From Macrostomum lignano (Eukaryota): 64,000 nt of DNA. A program made the position numbers and the translations under genes. The stretch spans positions 62,001-126,000 of the forward strand of contig NIVC01001668.1 in NCBI GenBank assembly GCA_002269645.1, in the 5' to 3' direction. The notes below the pieces were generated by a model. It was not told the origin of the DNA. It did no database searches and saw nothing but the letters and a program-made list of their open reading frames with translations. Of the stretch, positions 1 to 12,300 are shown one piece after another. How positions within the stretch are numbered: the stretch's first letter is position 1; each line of letters starts with the position of its first letter.

Positions 1-1
1 G

Positions 2-585
2 GCGGGCCTGCTCATCCACGCCGCCTACGGCTCCTCCAAGGACATCGCAGTGTACCAGAGCCTCAACTTGCGGCGTGGCCAGATTTTCATCATTGGCAAG
101 GCTGCAAAGAAGCACGCAGGGAATGCCACGGTTTGTACGAGTAATTGGCGCGTGTTGTGTCTGTCTGTCTGCCTGTCTCTCTGTCTGTCTGCCTGTATGC
201 CTGTCTGTCTCTCTGTCTGTCTGTCTGTCTGTCTGTCTGCCTGTATGCCTGTCTGTCTCTCTGTCTGTCTGCCTGTCTGTCTCTCTGTCTGTCTGTCTCT
301 CTCTGTCTGTCTGTCTGTCTCTCTCTGTCTGTCTGTCTGTCTGCCTGCCTGTCTGTCTATCTGCCTGCCTGTCTGTCTGTGTCTGTCTATCTGTCTGTCT
401 GTCTGTCTGTGTCCGTCTGCCTGTCTGTCTGTCTTTCTGTCTGTCCGTCTGCCTGTCTGTCTGTCTTTCTGTCTGCCTGTCTGTCTGTCTGTCTGTCTGT
501 CTGCCTGTCTGCCTGTCTGCCTGTCTGTCTCTCTGTCTGTCTGTCTGTCTCTGTCTGTCTGTCTGTCTGTCTGCCTGTCTGTCTC

Positions 586-622
<37 letters not shown>

Positions 623-1026
623 GTCTGTCTGTCAGCCCCAGTGCTCGCCGACCCTCACCTGACCCGCAGATCCTGTCCGAAGGCTACGCGGCCCACCTGT
701 CTGCCCTGCAGTCGGCCCAGTACGAGTGCTCCCGGCCCGCACAGGGCGCCGGCCGTCACGTTGTTCGCCGCGGCTGCTTTGGCCTGCCGCAGCCGTCGAT
801 GTCCAGCGGTCGCGGTTCGCCATCAGCGGCAGCCACTTCGGACAGCTCAGATTCAGCGCAACAGCAAAACCAGCAGCAGCAACAGCAAAAGCAGCAGCAA
901 CTGGATCCCGCCAGCGTCGGCGAGACAGTCCGCGGTCGGGCCGCGCCACCTCGCGGCGCCTCGCCGCTAGTCAGCCGCAGCCTTGACACCAGCACAGCCA
1001 GCGCAGCTCCGTCTGGAAAGCAGTGA
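2..1026 (+). CDS. rdgB: 3' end of rdgB/PITPNM (Nir2/3-like) membrane-associated PI transfer protein; exons <2-130 and 670-1026
   Basis: Frame 2 reads [43 protein letters not shown]. After GT(131)..CAG(669) it continues in phase 0 as [13 protein letters not shown], matching the LNS2 C-terminal motif (HAAYGS.KD..VY...G...YI.G....DGY.AHL). A Q-rich tail runs to TGA at 1026. Confidence 0.85.
158..633. repeat. (CTGT)n microsatellite filling the rdgB intron
   Basis: Direct; it explains the three LSVC-repeat pseudo-ORFs. Confidence 0.95.
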
Positions 1027-1169
1027 CGCTCAGAGTTTATGTATTTGCTGCGTGTGACTACTTAGTGGGCAGTAGTTTAAAAGTATTCTGGCTGCGGTTT
1101 TTAAATTATAATTATTTAGCGTTTTTTGCTTTGCAATTTTTTGTTTTCTTCACTCATCCACTCATACTG

Positions 1170-3119
1170 GTTTAGCGATGCTCCTAACAGTTTAGCAATG
1201 CTCATAACAGTTTAGCGATGCTCATGCTCATAACAGTTTAGCGATGCTCATGCTCATAACAGTTTAGCAATGCTCATAATAGTTTAGCAATGCTCATAAC
1301 AGTTTAGCGATGCTCATAACAGTTTAGCAATGCTCATAACAGTTTAGCGATGCTCATGCTCATAACAGTTTAGCGTTGCTCATAACAGTTTAGCGATGCT
1401 CATAACAGTTTAGCGATGCTCATAACAGTTTAGCAATGTGCAAAACAGTTTAGCGATGCTCATAACAGTTTAGCGATGCTCATAACAGTTTAGCAATGTG
1501 CATAACAGTTTAGCGATGCTCATAGCAGTTTAGCGATGCTCATAGCAGTTTAGCGATGCTCCTAGCAGTTTAGCGATGCTCATAGCAGTTTAGCGATGCT
1601 CATAGCAGTTTAGCGATGCTCCTAGCAGTTTAGCGATGCTCATAGCAGTTTAGCGATGCTCATAGCAGTTTAGCGATGCTCATAGCAGTTTAGCGATGCT
1701 CCTAGCAGTTTAGCGATTATCCTAGCAGTTTAGCGATGCTCATAGCAGTTTAGCGATGCTCCTAGCAGTTTAGCGATGCTCATAGCAGTTTAGCGATGCT
1801 CCTAGCAGTTTAGCGATGCTCATAGCAGTTTAGCGATGCTCCTAGCAGTTTAGCGATGCTCATAGCAGTTTAGCGATGCTCATAACAGTTTAGCGATGCT
1901 CATAACAGTTTAGCAATGTGCATAACAGTTTAGCGATGCTCATAGCAGTTTAGCGATGCTCATAGCAGTTTAGCGATGCTCATAGCAGTTTAGCGATGCT
2001 CATAGCAGTTTAGCGATGCTCATAGCAGTTTAGCGATGCTCATAGCAGTTTAGCGATGCTCATAGCAGTTTAGCGATGCTCATAGCAGTTTAGCGATGCT
2101 CCTAGCAGTTTAGCGATTATCCTAGCAGTTTAGCGATGCTCATAGCAGTTTAGCGATGCTCCTAGCAGTTTAGCGATGCTCATAGCAGTTTAGCGATGCT
2201 CCTAGCAGTTTAGCGATGCTCATAGCAGTTTAGCGATGCTCCTAGCAGTTTAGCGATGCTCATAGCAGTTTAGCGATGCTCATAACAGTTTAGCGATGCT
2301 CATAACAGTTTAGCAATGTGCATAACAGTTTAGCGATGCTCATAGCAGTTTAGCGATGCTCATAGCAGTTTAGCGATGCTCCTAGCAGTTTAGCGATGCT
2401 CATAGCAGTTTAGCGATGCTCATAGCAGTTTAGCGATGCTCCTAGCAGTTTAGCGATGCTCATAGCAGTTTAGCGATGCTCATAGCAGTTTAGCGATGCT
2501 CATAGCAGTTTAGCGATGCTCCTAGCAGTTTAGCGATTATCCTAGCAGTTTAGCGATGCTCATAGCAGTTTAGCGATGCTCATAGCAGTTTAGCGATGCT
2601 CCTAGCAGTTTAGCGATGCTCCTAGCAGTTTAGCGATGCTCATAGCAGTTTAGCGATGCTCATAACAGTTTAGCGATGCTCCTAGCAGTTTAGCGATGCT
2701 CATAGCAGTTTAGCGATGCTCCTAGCAGTTTAGCGATGCTCATAGCAGTTTAGCGATGCTCCTAGCAGTTTAGCGATTATCCTAGCAGTTTAGCGATGGT
2801 CATAGCAGTTTAGCGATGCTCCTAGCAGTTTAGCGATGGTCATAGCAGTTTAGCGATGCTCATAGCAGTTTAGCGATGCTCATAGCAGTTTAGCGATGCT
2901 CATAGCAGTTTAGCGATGCTCATAGCAGTTTAGCAATGCTCATAATAGTTTAGCAATGCTCATAACAGTTTAGCGATGCTCATAACAGTTTAGCAATGCT
3001 CATAACAGTTTAGCGATGCTCATGCTCATAACAGTTTAGCGTTGCTCGTAACAGTTTAGCGATGCTCATAGCAGTTAAGCAATGCTCATAACAGTTTAGC
3101 GATGCTCATAACAGTTTAG
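1170..3119. repeat. 20-bp tandem satellite (CATAGCAGTTTAGCGATGCT), about 1.95 kb
   Basis: Direct head-to-tail units with few variants (CATAAC/CCTAGC, GATTAT, AATGTG) and no spacers. Confidence 0.97.
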
Positions 3120-3707
3120 ACTCGAACTACTACGTTTTTGTTATATTATATTTACAGTGTTTGTTTTTTCAAACAACTATTTGTTGCCAGTATATTTTGA
3201 TAAATCAATAGCTTTTTGTGCGATCTTTTACTAATGGAAAAATGCTGAACTAGTCTCAGTCAGTGCAATATCTTATTGAGTTAAACTATTTCATTAGATA
3301 CTAAAAATTATATATTTTATTTATTTTTTTAATTGTCGTTTAGGTGAATTATATAATAGACACTTCTATTCTCTCGTTTGCAACGAACTATTGCTTGATA
3401 AACTTATACCTAAGGTCAGTATATCGATGCTCTTAAAACAGCTATGTGTTGTTTTTGCACAATTGTATGCGCTACGGAGCTACAGTTATATTGTATATCA
3501 CTTCCCAGTATTTTCTTTGTGTCTTGCTTTATTGCGCCGTACGGTTTTCGTGGTTTGTTGTGCGTTGCTTTCGATTTAATTATTGTAGTACCAACTATTA
3601 GAACATTTTGTGTTAGAATCTTGTAAATAGTAAATGCACTTCACCTACGAGCTATTCTGGTTAGAGTTGGAATTGTACTTTACACTTATTAATATTCGGG
3701 TCACACA

Positions 3708-3990
3708 ATGAGGTGGGTGTTATCTAGGGGGGTAGGGGTAGAAAATTCCTAGTCTACAAGCTTCGTGCGCTAGTCGCGGAGTGAGGTGGGTGTTTCTAGG
3801 GGTAGGGGTTAGGAAATTCCAAGTGTACAGGCTTCGTGCGCTAGTCGCGGAGTGAGGTGGGTGTTCTCTAAGGGTAGGGATAGGAAATTCCAAGTGTACA
3901 GGCTTCGTGCGCTAGTCGCGGAGTGAGGTGGGTGTTCTCTAGGGGTAGGGGTAGGAAATTTCAAGCGTACAGGCTTCGTGCGCTAGTGAG
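3708..3990. repeat. Roughly 70-bp minisatellite, about 4 copies (GTGAGGTGGGTGT..CTAGGGGTAGG..GGAAATTCCAAGTGTACAGGCTTCGTGCGCTAGTCGCGGA)
   Basis: Direct tandem copies. Confidence 0.9.
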
Positions 3991-5104
3991 ATAGGGTGTT
4001 TCTTGCGATTATTGCAATATATTTCTTGCGTGATACTTGATATCGGCGGTCACAAGAATGGTGAAAACCTCAAATATATCTAACAGTTTTCTAGCTAAAC
4101 CGCATCATTACTGAAGCCGATTTTTCAAGTTGACAAAAAAGAAAAAACATGTTTACATTCGTTCTGTTTTTCATTATTCTACTTGACGCGAGGGCTTGTG
4201 CTATCTATAGCCTTACCATGACCATTGTGCATTACAAGCAATAGTTCGACAACGTTTTGGAATTGGAGAAAATTTTCCACTTGCTTTTGATAAGCGATAA
4301 AAAAGTGATATTCTGTTTATCTACTAGTTTTTGGCTTGGGCTATAGGAACAAATAAAGGTTGTCTTCCATACATGATTCACGCATATGGGGGCCTGACGA
4401 CGAGAAACTAGACTGGGTGCCTGCGAGTGCGTGCTCAGGCGCGAGAGGAATATGCCTGACTGCTCAGGGCGGGTCTCGCAGCCTCGCAGCAATCTCAATA
4501 CTAACTGCAGGGGAAAGCGGGTAATGATTTTGCTTTTTTCCATACCCAGCAGCAGAAATTGAAATTTGTAGTCTTTCTCTCCTGCCGTTTGCCTTTGCTC
4601 TGCAGAGCAGAAGCCGCGCCCTGCTCCGGTCGTGTGTATTCCCTAAAACTAAAAAAAAATTGTCCAAAAACGAAAACGATAATTTTTCCCGGGATTTTTA
4701 TTGTTCTCTCAGCTAAGCCTGCCCGTATGAACTGGCTGGCTTCAGGGCTCGCAATGCTCCGCTGCAGTAAGCTGGCATTGTGCCCGCCAATTCATGCCTG
4801 AGCAGCCCAGTTTGTTTGCTTCAGAATGGAACCAATAAGCCCCTGAGTGAAAAAAGCTTTTATTGAAAATGCAAAATATGGATAATAATATATAGAGAAA
4901 ATGCGAAAACTGTTAAATGTAGAAATAACCTACCTATACATGCATCCTGTAGAAGTTGCTGAAACTCATCAGCTCATTGTCAAAAGTTCAATTTTTACCT
5001 CCCGCAGTATGAAATGGTATGAAAAGGCTAGGGAATTCTCTTTTCTCTATGTTCTTCGAGATTCGCGAAGAGCAACGCTTAGTATTAGCAGTATAAATCA
5101 TTTT

Positions 5105-5273
5105 AGGATGTACACTTCACTGTGCCTTGGGGATTGGCCCTCAATGGCGCTAATTGCACGAGCAGAGCCAAGCCGAGATTTCAATTGAGACCCAAATTAA
5201 TGTAACTGCACTTGGAATCGAGCCTGAGCCGCTGGCGCATCAGAGCGCCGCGCCAGACCACTAGGATACAGCC
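5105..5273 (-). mobile_element. tRNA-derived SINE family A, partial copy (head half)
   Basis: Shares TGTACACTTCACTG..TAATTGCACGAGCAGAGCCAAGCCGAGA..CACTTGGAATCGAGCC with the copies at 17.0, 29.5, 34.4 and 53.8 kb. Confidence 0.8.
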
Positions 5274-6475
5274 TTCATTTGGCTGGCTGGTTATTTTAAG
5301 GATTCAACATCTTACTGGCCAACTCGAAACTAATGTGATATGCTGATGGAAGTCCAATTCAAGATGACAAATCCTATCACTGGCGTAAGCATGCAGGAAT
5401 GTTTAGTTAGGAGGGGCCGCAAACGATGGCGGTGGCAAAAGTTGAGCTCCTGTCATTTGTTGAGCTTGGCATATTAGCTGCAAGGAGGTAATCGTGCAGT
5501 ACAGGTCCCCTGAAGGGGGCATTATTGGCTAGTCTATATATCACTAAAAAGCAAATTTAAGATTTGACAGTTGTTATTGGCTCCTTTTTTCTTTGCGCTT
5601 TTTACAACGAGGGACGAAATGGCTAGTCCACTATACTACGCGTCTTTGGACAAGACTCAACTAACCACACAATAGCAGAGCTCGGCCTCTACGGTAATTT
5701 TTATTTATAAAAGTAGCGGAAATACCCACAGTTACCCCTGAATTTAACTATTTAAAAGTATTAGGTGAACTTTCGCAGCTGTACAATTGAAAATCGTTGA
5801 AAGTCGAGATTGCGCAATCGCATTCGAGTCGAGTTTAAATTAGATAGCTGCGTTCGATAAACTCTTCAAACTATTAACGAGCCGCGCCTTACAAAGGGTT
5901 TCAGGTTTGCGAGAAAATTCCCGACTTTTTATCTCCGCTCCAATTCGTCAAGTGTGCTACAGAATTTTCTGACAAAGTTTCAGGCTTTTTTGCATGCTTT
6001 TAGCCCATGAATCGAGAAAGGTTTATCTGAATACAAAGGCAGTTTCGCGCATTTTTTAGCATGGTCAAAAATGATCAATGTTCACTGATTTACCTGGACA
6101 ACTGATAGCCACTACGTGATAGTTATAACTCTCGAAGGGCACGAATTTTGTGCTGCAGCGCACCAGTGCAAACTTTACCTGCACGGTATCTGCGTGTGTC
6201 TGTTTGTATATTGCAGCTTTCACAGTGTGCGACCTTCGAAAGCTTAAGGCTTGGACTGGCTTGAATGGCTTTGGCGTTGCAAAATTATAGTTTAAAAGCC
6301 CTGGGCCTGCGGTTATATTGCTGGTTACGTAACCCGTGCGAAACTGGCTCTATATAGGCACTTATACCGGTATTTGTGACAACTGGCGCATGCACCCCTC
6401 ACCTCCGAGTTGGTCAGGTGATTTCGAACTGCGGTAGCAACTCTCGGGTAGCCTTGGAAAGGTGGGTGATTTTTA

Positions 6476-8237
6476 ATGGACAACAGAAGACGACTGCAAC
6501 TACTGCTGCTGCTGCTGCTGCAGATGCGACTGTTCGGAATAGCGAACTCCATGGACAGCTTTGAACAGCTGTTCTCAAACTCTTATGCTCAGTTCAGTAG
6601 CCAGCCAATATCGTTCCGTCTGCCTATGCCAACGGAACTTCAAGGCTCAATGGTAATTAAACTGACAAATATACTCAATAGAGATCAAGTACATCTTATT
6701 GATGTATTTCAACGCGATTTTCAGATTCACAACGGTCTCGGTTTGTTCGACTTCGAGCATCGCAGCTTCGTGCATCCGTTTGACGGACTGGCAAAGCTGA
6801 CAAAGATTGATTTCGTTCCAGGTGAGCAACCAAGAGTTGGCGTATGATTTCAGCGATCCGAAGGGCAGACTCACACTCGGCACTTTCCATTTCAACGCAG
6901 GAAGTCGACGGGGCAACTTCAGCATGAAGTTCCTTCGAACGGCGGTGTTCGAACAGTCGCTGCTGCGCAACGACATTGCACCCTATCTGTTCTTCGACGG
7001 GGTCGAGCCGGCTTTTAACTTACTGCAGCGCGCGCTCTCGCTACTGCACGGTCTGGACAACATGAACGTGAATGTGGTGCGCCTTCGTAGCGAGACTTAT
7101 GCAAATTACAGCGCCTACTTGGCACTGAACGACATCACCAGGTCGTACCGGTTCGATCCTGTCAGTCTGGACACTCTGGGTTGCGTCAAGGCTCAAGCCT
7201 TCGAAACTGAGGACACCAACAGCATTCTAGGCTTTCTGAGTCACCTGTCGTCGGCCCATCCCCTGCCGGAGTTCGGCACCGACTACTACCTCACCTTCGT
7301 CACCTCCATCGATCCCAAGAAGATACTACAGAGCGAGTGGAGCTGCTCTGTGAGCATAGTCCGAATGACGTCAGACACGGAGCGGCAGGTGCTGCACACC
7401 TGGCAGCTCAGTCAGGCCTCTTACATGCACAGCTTCGCTGCCACGCGACGTCTGGTCCTACTGTTCCTCAACCCGCTCTTCATCAACATGGCTGCCATGG
7501 TGACCACGGCTGATCCGGTTCGGTCGCTCGACTGGCGACCCGACCGGCCCATGAGAGTGCTTTGGCTGGACCTGCGCACCGGCGCCACCGGGGAAGCCGC
7601 TATTGTGGACCGGCACTTCCTCATGCACCACATCAATGCCTACGAGGAGGGACCGGAGGTCGGAAATGCCTCATCGGCCACCGTGATTGTGGACGCCACG
7701 GCCTATCCGGACCTCGGCTTCCTGCAAAATCTCACGCGGAAAAACCTGCGCGACCCGACTCTGCGCAATCAGATACCGGTAAACAGCCTTCTCCGCCGCT
7801 ACAGGGTGCACCTGGCCACCGGCACTGTGCAGCCTCTGGAGGTGCCGTACCGTCAGGCGAACGATCCCATACGCAGCCTGGAGATGCCAGTCATCAACGA
7901 GGCCTATCGATTTCGCCGCTACTGCTTCGTCTACGGCGTACTGTTAAAGAGCGACTCGCGCGATCTCGCCAAGGTCAGCCTAGTGAAGAAGTCCCTGTGT
8001 AACGCCGCTGATGACCGGCGCTGGCACGCGGACCGGCACTTTCCCAGCGAGCCCGTCTTCTATCAGGCTCGAGGCGCCAGCGCCGAGGACGACGGCTACC
8101 TGGTGTCGCTGATAATGGACGCGCCGCGCAATGTCACGTACGTCGGCGTGTTCAACGCTACGGATATGACGCTGGTTAATGAGGCCGACCTGCCCACCTG
8201 GGTGCCGTACCGTCTGCACGGCAAAGCGTTTCCGTGA
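6476..8237 (+). CDS. Carotenoid cleavage oxygenase (BCO/RPE65 family); exons 6476-6652, 6725-6821, 6901-8237
   Basis: The spliced N-terminus reads PTELQGSM|IHNGLGLFDF..VHPFDGLAKL..VPG|SRRGNFSMKFLRT. All four Fe-binding His motifs are present (SSAHP, YMHSF, MHHINAYE, RLHG), as is PSEPVF..EDDGYL. Introns are canonical GT-AG. Confidence 0.9.
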
Positions 8238-9124
8238 CGACTGGACATTTGCAAACTGAGTCTGTTGGTTCAGTTATCTACATGTACTTTAGTAGATAAT
8301 GCTGCGTACAGGGGCTCCAGAATTTTTATGTAAGAAATTTCAGACACAGACAGGTAACAGCATTAGCTAGGCCTGGTGAGTCACGCAGCGACCCTGCGTC
8401 CTAGCTTAAGTACATTCAAACAAACGCTTGTAATCCACTCCTTTACCAATGAAGTAACGGTCAGGAGATAGCAAAACCGAGAAGCCTCAACAACAATCGA
8501 ATTATCTAAGAATGCAGTTTTTCCATGTTGTTTGGCAGAGAACGATTTCAGAAACGCCACAGAACAGCAGCAGTTTTTATATTTATCATTGAGTGCTAGT
8601 TATTCGACTGTTTCCTTTTGTACACGTTGCACTTTGAGCAGTATTTTATATCCTATATCATATTGACTCGACTCTTACAGTAACCCTGCATGATACTAAG
8701 AAAAAATATATATGACAGAACAAATTGACACTCAACTAACAAGACATCTGCATTTCGTTGCATTGTCTACTAGTCTGTTTGCAGTTTGAGTGCGTTATGG
8801 GAAAATGAAAAATATTCCTCGATTCGAAAGTTAGCTAGGTCGGAGAGGAAATGACTACTCAAGTCAGCAATAATCTGCGCGAACAGAGACAGTCGGAATT
8901 AATGAGAGTAGAGCAGCCCCCCATTGCGTTCGACGCCGAGGCAGTGAGGAAAGAGAAGGGATCGGAGCTCTGCAGCGAACCCTAATTGGCTAAGTCAAGA
9001 GCGCACTGCTTTCCCAAAAACGCCCATTTTGGAGTGAATCGGGAGAAATTAGAGATTCAATAATTGTCAAGCAACCGAGTGGCGGGGAAACAATCATCAT
9101 TTGGGAACAGTCGCTGAGGCAGCA

Positions 9125-11077
9125 ATGTCCACCGCCGAGGCCGCAGTAAAGCGCCCGTGCAGCATCCCAACTTACGACGGCTTCGTCCAAGTTGTCGGCC
9201 GTCGTAAGGCCTACCAGGGCCTGTTTCTCTGCCTCATGTCGCTCTCGGTCGGCGCCGCCGCCATGCAGATCCTCATGCTGGGCCGCGCCGGCAGCTGCTT
9301 AGCAACTGCTTGGCCGACTGCTGCAACGGCAGCGACAGCGGCTGTTGGCGATAACGCAACACTCTTTGACCTCGACAGCGTCGAAAAAAACAACGATAGC
9401 GAGCTAAACGATGACGAACAAGACTGCACTTGGACGTCGGTGCTCCGTGTCGCCTTCTGTCTGGGCCTGCTGAGCGGCGCCGCGGCTTACGCACCCATGG
9501 CTGACCGCTGGGGCCGCCGGCACGCGCACCTGCTGGCAGCCGCTCAGTTGGCTTCCGCCGCGCCTCTCACGCTGCTGGCGCGCGGTCCAGTGGCCAGGGC
9601 CGGAGTTCGAACCTTTGCGGGCTTCGCGGCGGGCGGCCTGCTCTGCGTCAGCCGCGTGTGGCATCTCGAGACGCCTCACCGCGGCGACTGCGGCCCATCC
9701 AGCCTCCTGCTCATGATCAACGGCTGGACCGGCGGCACCTTCTTGCTGGCCGGCGTTGCCCACTGGTCGCCAGACTGGCGCGTCGCCGAGGCGGCCGCGG
9801 CCGGATTCGCCGCCCTGCTGCTGCCGCTGACGCGGCTCTGCCTCACCGAGTCACCCCGCTGGCTGCTCAGCCACGGCCGCTCCGACGCGGCTATTGCTGC
9901 CCTGCGTCGGATGGCCCAGGTTAGCCGTACGAGCGCCGAGCTGGACGATCTCCTTGAGCGACTCGGCTACGAAGCTCGTGGCGGACAGCGAGCCACCACT
10001 ATTCGCCTGCCGCTGCGGCGCCTGCTGACTCGGTCGACGGCTGCCCTGCGAAACTCTGCGCTGCTCTGGTTGCTCGTTGGCGCCGCGGGAGCCGCGCATC
10101 TCGGCCTCATCACCGGCTGGTCCTCGGCTGTGGTCGACGGCATCGGCGTCAACAGCGGCCAGGCCGTCTATGCCGGCCTGACGGTGGCCGGCTGCGCCGA
10201 GCTGACCGGCCGGCTTTTCGCGGCGCTGCTGGTCGGCCTGCTGGCGGCTCCGCGAACCGCCGCGGCCGCTGGCGGCTTCGTCGTCGCCGGACTGCTCGGC
10301 TGCGGTGCCGTTTCGCTGGCCACGGCTTCGTTGGCGCCGAGCAGCTGGCGTCTCTGGCCGCTGCTGATCGGCCGAGCCTGCCTGGCTCCGGCCACCGAGC
10401 TGTCCTGGCTGCTGGCCAACCAGCTGCTGCCCGCCCCGGTGCGCGACCAGGCCATCGGTGTCGGCTTCGCCCTGGCCTGCCTCGGTACCCTGGGCATCGC
10501 ATGCCTTGCCTTCGATTTTGGCATCGAATTGGACGGCTGCCGCAGCCTCTGGCAGCTGTTCGCCTGCGCCGGTCTGGCCGCCGTTGCCTGTCCGCTGGCG
10601 CCGATGCTGCCGGCCGCGCGCCGTCCCTTTCCCGACACCCTGGACGACGACGCCGAGCTGGTGGGGCCGCTTCGGCTGCCTTCAATTTGTGTAGCTGCGC
10701 TCCAACGACTTCCGGGCTGCAGCGATGCGTTTGGTGGAGTGGCCGGTGATGCCACCACCGCGATCCAGGTCCCCAAGATCCGGGTCACTCTGGAGGACGA
10801 CCCCTGCCTCGCCGTCGGTGGGGATAACTCGACTCGGCAGGGCACCTCATTTGATTCGTCCGACGCCCAGCTGCACGATCCCTGCAGCGAGGTCTCGGAC
10901 ACGTCCTCGCTCTCGCACATGGCCACCAAGGGCTCCATGGGGCTGCCAGACGTCGGCGCCTGCGACGAGAATGAAAGCCGGCTGATTGACGGCGAATTTG
11001 ACGAAGCGGAACGGCCGGCTGATGGCGGTCGAGTCGACAATGACGACAGAGACTGGATTAAATGGTGGCGCAAATGA
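9125..11077 (+). CDS. Intronless MFS/SLC22 organic cation/carnitine transporter-like protein
   Basis: Single ORF (first ATG 9125) with many hydrophobic helices and the motifs ADRWGRR, LTESPRWLL..GR..A, LLPAPVRDQAIG; acidic C-tail. Confidence 0.8.
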   Translation: MSTAEAAVKRPCSIPTYDGFVQVVGRRKAYQGLFLCLMSLSVGAAAMQILMLGRAGSCLATAWPTAATAATAAVGDNATLFDLDSVEKNNDSELNDDEQDCTWTSVLRVAFCLGLLSGAAAYAPMADRWGRRHAHLLAAAQLASAAPLTLLARGPVARAGVRTFAGFAAGGLLCVSRVWHLETPHRGDCGPSSLLLMINGWTGGTFLLAGVAHWSPDWRVAEAAAAGFAALLLPLTRLCLTESPRWLLSHGRSDAAIAALRRMAQVSRTSAELDDLLERLGYEARGGQRATTIRLPLRRLLTRSTAALRNSALLWLLVGAAGAAHLGLITGWSSAVVDGIGVNSGQAVYAGLTVAGCAELTGRLFAALLVGLLAAPRTAAAAGGFVVAGLLGCGAVSLATASLAPSSWRLWPLLIGRACLAPATELSWLLANQLLPAPVRDQAIGVGFALACLGTLGIACLAFDFGIELDGCRSLWQLFACAGLAAVACPLAPMLPAARRPFPDTLDDDAELVGPLRLPSICVAALQRLPGCSDAFGGVAGDATTAIQVPKIRVTLEDDPCLAVGGDNSTRQGTSFDSSDAQLHDPCSEVSDTSSLSHMATKGSMGLPDVGACDENESRLIDGEFDEAERPADGGRVDNDDRDWIKWWRK

Positions 11078-11388
11078 CCCCATCAACCACATCCTGGTTA
11101 CTCTGGATCCTGGATCAATGCATGCAGTTGCTGACTGGCGTTTTTGCTACGCAACTACTATATACAATGCGACCTATCAAACTATTTATGCTTCAGCCCG
11201 TCCCATACAAAGTCGCACTGTGTTTTGCTATAACCCTGTTAACAGTTAAGATTGAAGGTTTTCGGCCTTTTCACTGGGGTTACTGGAAGTTGCCTCCTAA
11301 ATCTATTTTCCCTTGTACAGTAAGTAGTATCCTCCGAGCTCGAATAATCAGCGATCACTGTTGCATGGTTTTTCAAGTGAGATAGGCA

Positions 11389-11648
11389 CCCGCTAGGAAA
11401 AAATTTCAGCGACGACAGGCTGATGACGACAAGTTGACGACAAGTTGACGACAAGTTGCAGTCGACCAATCAGAGGCTGATAGAAAGCAGGCAGCGAAGC
11501 AGATTTGGAAGCGCACATTTGCACGATACTACTGACTTTGAGCAAATCATACTTATTTTAGTAAACCAATAGTGAATCGACAAGGCTGTCGTCTCTAGCC
11601 TGTCGCTTGTCGTCACTGTGTCGTCGCTGCAAATTTTTTCCCAGCAGG
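11389..11648. mobile_element. MITE-like element with about 29-bp imperfect TIRs
   Basis: Left end CCCGCTAGGAAAAAATTTCAGCGACGACA versus right end TGTCGTCGCTGCAAATTTTTTCCCAGCAGG; internal GACAAGTT repeats. Confidence 0.65.
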
Positions 11649-12199
11649 AAAGCCTAGCTTTTCCCGACGAAGCCTAAAAACACCTAAGTTCGTTCTCGCC
11701 GTTGCGGTCAGCAGGGCTGGCCTATAGACTATCGCGGTCATTTTAACACCCTGCTAAGCAAAACCTTTTTTCACCTGCGATGAGTGGAGCGGCGTTTTGT
11801 TTGTACACAGACTCGGCTGTACATGTACATTATAACAAAGAACTACCGGAGGGACCCCAGACATTTTTTCTGCGCTGGAATGGCGAAATTCCAAAACACG
11901 AGCACAACTTTTTGTTGCGCACTGTCTAAGCCGCCAGCCCTCCGGACCGTCAAGATACGAGCGTATTAAAAACTTCTGTCAGAATGTCAGATTTTTTCCA
12001 TAAGCGTTAAGTGTATTGATCAGTATGGCCTCTATGTGCCTAACAGCACTGCCCCTCAGTGCGGTCTTACCAAGCCTCCAAATTTCATCAGCACATCGAC
12101 CAAATGTGTCTGCATCAGCTCTGACTTCGTTGGTCACTGCATGGCCTTCACCCAGACGGAGCTCTGGACCTTCTGATTAAGCCTGAACCTAAGCTTGTG

Positions 12200-12300
12200 T
12201 GCCTGCTCAGGGGAGTAGGCGGAATGGGCAGCAATGCCTCTCGCCGGTTGTGTGACAATGTCGCTTAAAACAGCACCCTGCCTCATAAAAATACAATGGG
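12200..12300 (+). mobile_element. SINE family A 3' fragment, opposite orientation
   Basis: GTGCCTGCTCAGGGAGTAGGCGGAATGGGCAGCAATGCCTCTCGCCGGTTGTGTG..CCCTGCCTC is the reverse complement of 34400-34505. Confidence 0.75.

Noticed and set aside
1170-3119. CRISPR-like array
   Set aside because: Head-to-tail units without unique spacers, no cas genes, and a eukaryotic context; the same applies to all other arrays.
3391-5188. Short ORFs between rdgB and the oxygenase
   Set aside because: AT-rich, no recognisable motifs or splice support, and partly overlapping a SINE.
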